DNA from: Dicyema japonicum
Taxonomy: Eukaryota; Animalia; Dicyemida
Direction: 5' to 3'
Assembly (NCBI GenBank): GCA_011109175.1
Contig: RDEW01000036.1
Coordinates: 473,737 to 537,736 of the forward strand
Length of the DNA stretch: 64,000 nt
Notes under the pieces: generated by a model
Databases searched by the model: none
What the model was told of the DNA's origin: nothing
The model's input: only the letters and a program-made list of their open reading frames with translations
In this document: one piece after another, positions 61,253 through 64,000 of the stretch
Position numbering within the stretch: the stretch's first letter is position 1
How the letters are laid out: every line of letters begins with the position of its first letter
Translations under genes and position numbers: made by a program

Positions 61253-63937
61253 CAGTGGTGACACGTATATATGTGACAAAAAAGGGGTATTTAAAAAATC
61301 GTCCCATATAATATTTTAATTCTTTTTAATCAACAAATTTATTTCAAAGTTGAGCTTTGTATTTAATTACTCTAATAATTCCTATATCTAAAGGTTGAAT
61401 TACTGAACTGGTATTTGAAGTAATGAAATTAAATTTGATATTACCTGGCTCTTCAATATTATGTCGCGAACGCTACTTGCAACTATGCACTACCTGCAAT
61501 ATCGATTTTTTAGCTCGAAATTAAACGAATAGTCTTAAGACACTCACAAAGTCGAACTTAGTTAACAGATAACATAATTTATTCGGAAAACCCCAACTAA
61601 CTAAACAAGGTAAGAGCCATTAACTAAAGAGGAAAGCCAAGATTTGGGGTCGTCTATATCGGGGCACTCTCATGAGACATCTTGAATTTATTTTTTAAAT
61701 TCTTAAATTATCTTAATATTAATAATACTGATAAGCACTCTAAATAATAAAAAATTGATAACCTGCCTCTCCACTTGATTTAACGAATCTCTCTGTTTCA
61801 ATTTGAGTTTCTAAATTTTCGCTTAACTTTCAAACCATTCACAACTGCTTCATCATTTTTTTCAATGTACCCCACATAGGGAGAATTGGATTAAATCCTT
61901 TGATGCCTCTGTAACGACGAAACGGATTGTCACCTAATTTATATATAAGGCCATACAACCTGTTGAACTTGATAACTAAGATTTGGACAGCTTTTTTAAT
62001 CTGTTTTTTCCAACATTTATTTGGATCATCGATAACATCTTCGACAAAGTTCGAGTGATTGAATCTTTCTACAATTCCTAAATAAAAATAATTCAATTGT
62101 ATACCTTGATTTGTTTTGGACGTGAATGAATTTGAATAATGTTATATTTCTTGCAAATTGCAGTGACATGTGAGTTTTTAAACTCGGAGCCATTGTCCGA
62201 CTGTAAATATAAACATGGTCCATAATCCATGAACATATTTTGAATAAATATCAATAGCCGTTAAAAGCCACGAATAACCATCATTATGCTCTCTAAACCT
62301 AGAGAATATAAAAAATTGATACCTTTTAAGATCAATTAAATCTATTTGAAACCTCTCATTGGGCCGATTTGCAATTATATGATTTTCTTCATATTCCTTA
62401 AGACTTCTGGCAAAAAGACATGTCTCACAATGGGAAAAAATATCGCGAATAACACCTCTTTTCACAAAAAAATATCGTTCTTTACAATGTTTCTAAAATG
62501 TTTTGGCCATAATGTGTTAAATCATGAATTTGAGTAGCGACAAACTTCATTTCCTCAACGTTGTCCGAAACAATAACCAATTTATTTCCTTCTGGGTCTT
62601 TTAGATCATTCTTCTTTTTTTAAGTATGAAGCTCTTGGACTTTTTTCAGATCCTGCACATAGCATATGCAGGCATAACAGAAGGTAAGATTCCTTCCAAA
62701 ATAATTTTGAGATTATCATATTCAACAGATGTCTTTGCAAACAAGCGTGACATAATAATTCAAATTAGTATTAATAGTTTATATTAATTTTATACAATAA
62801 AATTAATATTTTATCTTACTAAAAATTAGAATTTTAATCCAAAAGAACAATTTTTATAGATTCAAAAAAATTCAAAAAATTCAAAAAAATCGATATTGCA
62901 TGTAGTGCATAGTTGCAAGTAGCGCTCGTGACATATTATGACTGCTAAAATTGTCCATTAACAAAAGAATGTGTCGATTTTCTTTAATTAAATTATTATT
63001 CAGTTCATTAATATATAGTGAGAAAATGTCTTTCGTTAACCAAGCAGTCTTATTTGCTACATACTTAATATTGTTAGCTTTAAGATCACATTGCTTAAAG
63101 CACCGAGGATCTTTACTTTTACCAATGGATTGCAAGTTTCTCCATTCATTGAACAACAAAACAATACTGTAATTTTTTCACTGTTTTTTCATTGCATTTT
63201 GATGACTGTAGTACATACGAATAGCTGTGTTGCCCTCTCAAATGCATGTTTAATCACAGTTATAAAATATTTTCTGGAGAATAAGCACGATTTAGACAAA
63301 ATGATTCTGCAAATATGAATGCAGATTCATGATCAGCACTTGCAGCTTCTCCTGATAACCTTTTATAGTTGATATTATGACATTTGAATAATGAAAACCA
63401 CTGTTTCAACCCTTGAGTGAATTATCATTATGTTTAAGTGTGAGAACTTTAATGTTAGAATAACTGAGAGCCACATTCTGCGATCTTAATTTTGAAATGG
63501 CCCCAATCAAATACTCGTTCAAAGAACCAAATCTTGGAATATATTTTGTTCGGATAACGTGCATGTTATCGAAATTTGTATATTTGTCTAAATTCTTAGC
63601 TATTCTTCCACGACTGTTTTGTTAGTTCCATATCGTTGGGCAATTACTCTATAAGAACTTTTTTGTTCTATGATTTCCTCAGCACTCTTGTTTTTGGTAT
63701 TAAAATCAAGTTCATTTCTCTTGTTTGACGTCATAGGGTTAATAACAAAAAATATTGATTTAATTCTTTAAAATTGTCCCATATATATTAGCAATATATT
63801 TAAAATTGTTAAATATATAAATTTACTACAAAAAATGCAAATATTGACAATTTTTAATAAATTGGTTAAAGTGTCCCATTTATACATTTTGTCCCGTCCC
63901 ATATAATTTTTTGTCCCATATAAATGTGTCCCCACTG
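61253..63937 (-). mobile_element. pogo/Tigger DNA transposon with both TIRs and TA TSD
   Basis: Left TIR CAGTGGTGACACGTATATATGTGACAAAAAA versus right TIR (reverse complement) CAGTGGGGACACATTTATATGGGACAAAAAA, with TA on both sides. Transposase from ATG 63734: IGKSKDPRCF, ANKTAWLT, LLMDNFSSH|..NTSSVIQPLDIGII. Confidence 0.92.
61462..62933 (-). mobile_element. Ginger2/TDD-type integrase DNA transposon with ~50-bp TIRs, 5-bp TSD and two micro-introns
   Basis: TIR TGTC(G/A)CGA(A/G)CGCTACTTGCAACTATGCACTAC(C/A)TGCAATATCGATTTTTT. TSD TATTA at 61457-61461 and 62934-62938. Motifs CETC, ERFQIDLIDLKR|FREHNDGYSWLLTAIDIYSKY, LQSDNGSEF, NQG|IVERFN. Introns 62299-62322 (24 nt) and 62078-62104 (27 nt). Confidence 0.9.
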
Positions 63938-64000
63938 TAGTCAGACAAAAATCCAAGCTGGATGAACATTGGAGAAAAGTAAAGAACTCGGATCGTTATT

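Larger units (their letters stand above)
59640..64000 (+). mobile_element. RTE LINE copy interrupted by a pogo element at a TA site
   Basis: LTFNIRG, CLQETK, AGDLNAK, DIVWNNRW and AYADDV motifs. The frame EKTKLTEL stops at 61252 and resumes as VRQKSKLDEHWRKVK at 63940. Confidence 0.88.

Overview
This is AT-rich eukaryotic (animal) genomic DNA dominated by nested, mostly decayed transposons. The non-LTR retrotransposons are RTE, Ingi/Vingi- or Jockey-like, R4/Dong-like and CRE-like. The DNA transposons are hAT, pogo/Tigger, Tc1 and Ginger2. A few host genes sit between them, and the ORF track breaks them up because they carry very small GT-AG introns of 21-27 nt. Splicing by hand gives a four-MBT-repeat Polycomb-type protein (8 introns), a 6-EC protocadherin (3 introns), an EPN/WND C-type lectin, an HtrL/YibB-like type II membrane protein and a decayed GALNT 3' end. 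Animal genes with ~23-nt introns suggest a dicyemid mesozoan or a similarly reduced parasite, but this is inference. Main points of interest: (1) Ginger2 integrases carrying host-sized micro-introns, one inside a resolvable RTE > pogo > Ginger2 triple nest. (2) A recurrent ~290-bp SINE-like element containing a nested double pseudoknot with HDV-ribozyme topology. (3) Eroded 2A-like peptides ahead of LINE endonucleases. (4) A near-intact young RTE with a TSD and a target-templated 5' addition. (5) Single in-frame stops at conserved positions of otherwise well-preserved host genes. Several 1-2 nt indels lie in homopolymer or dinucleotide runs and are probably assembly errors. All family assignments come from motif recognition, not database searches.
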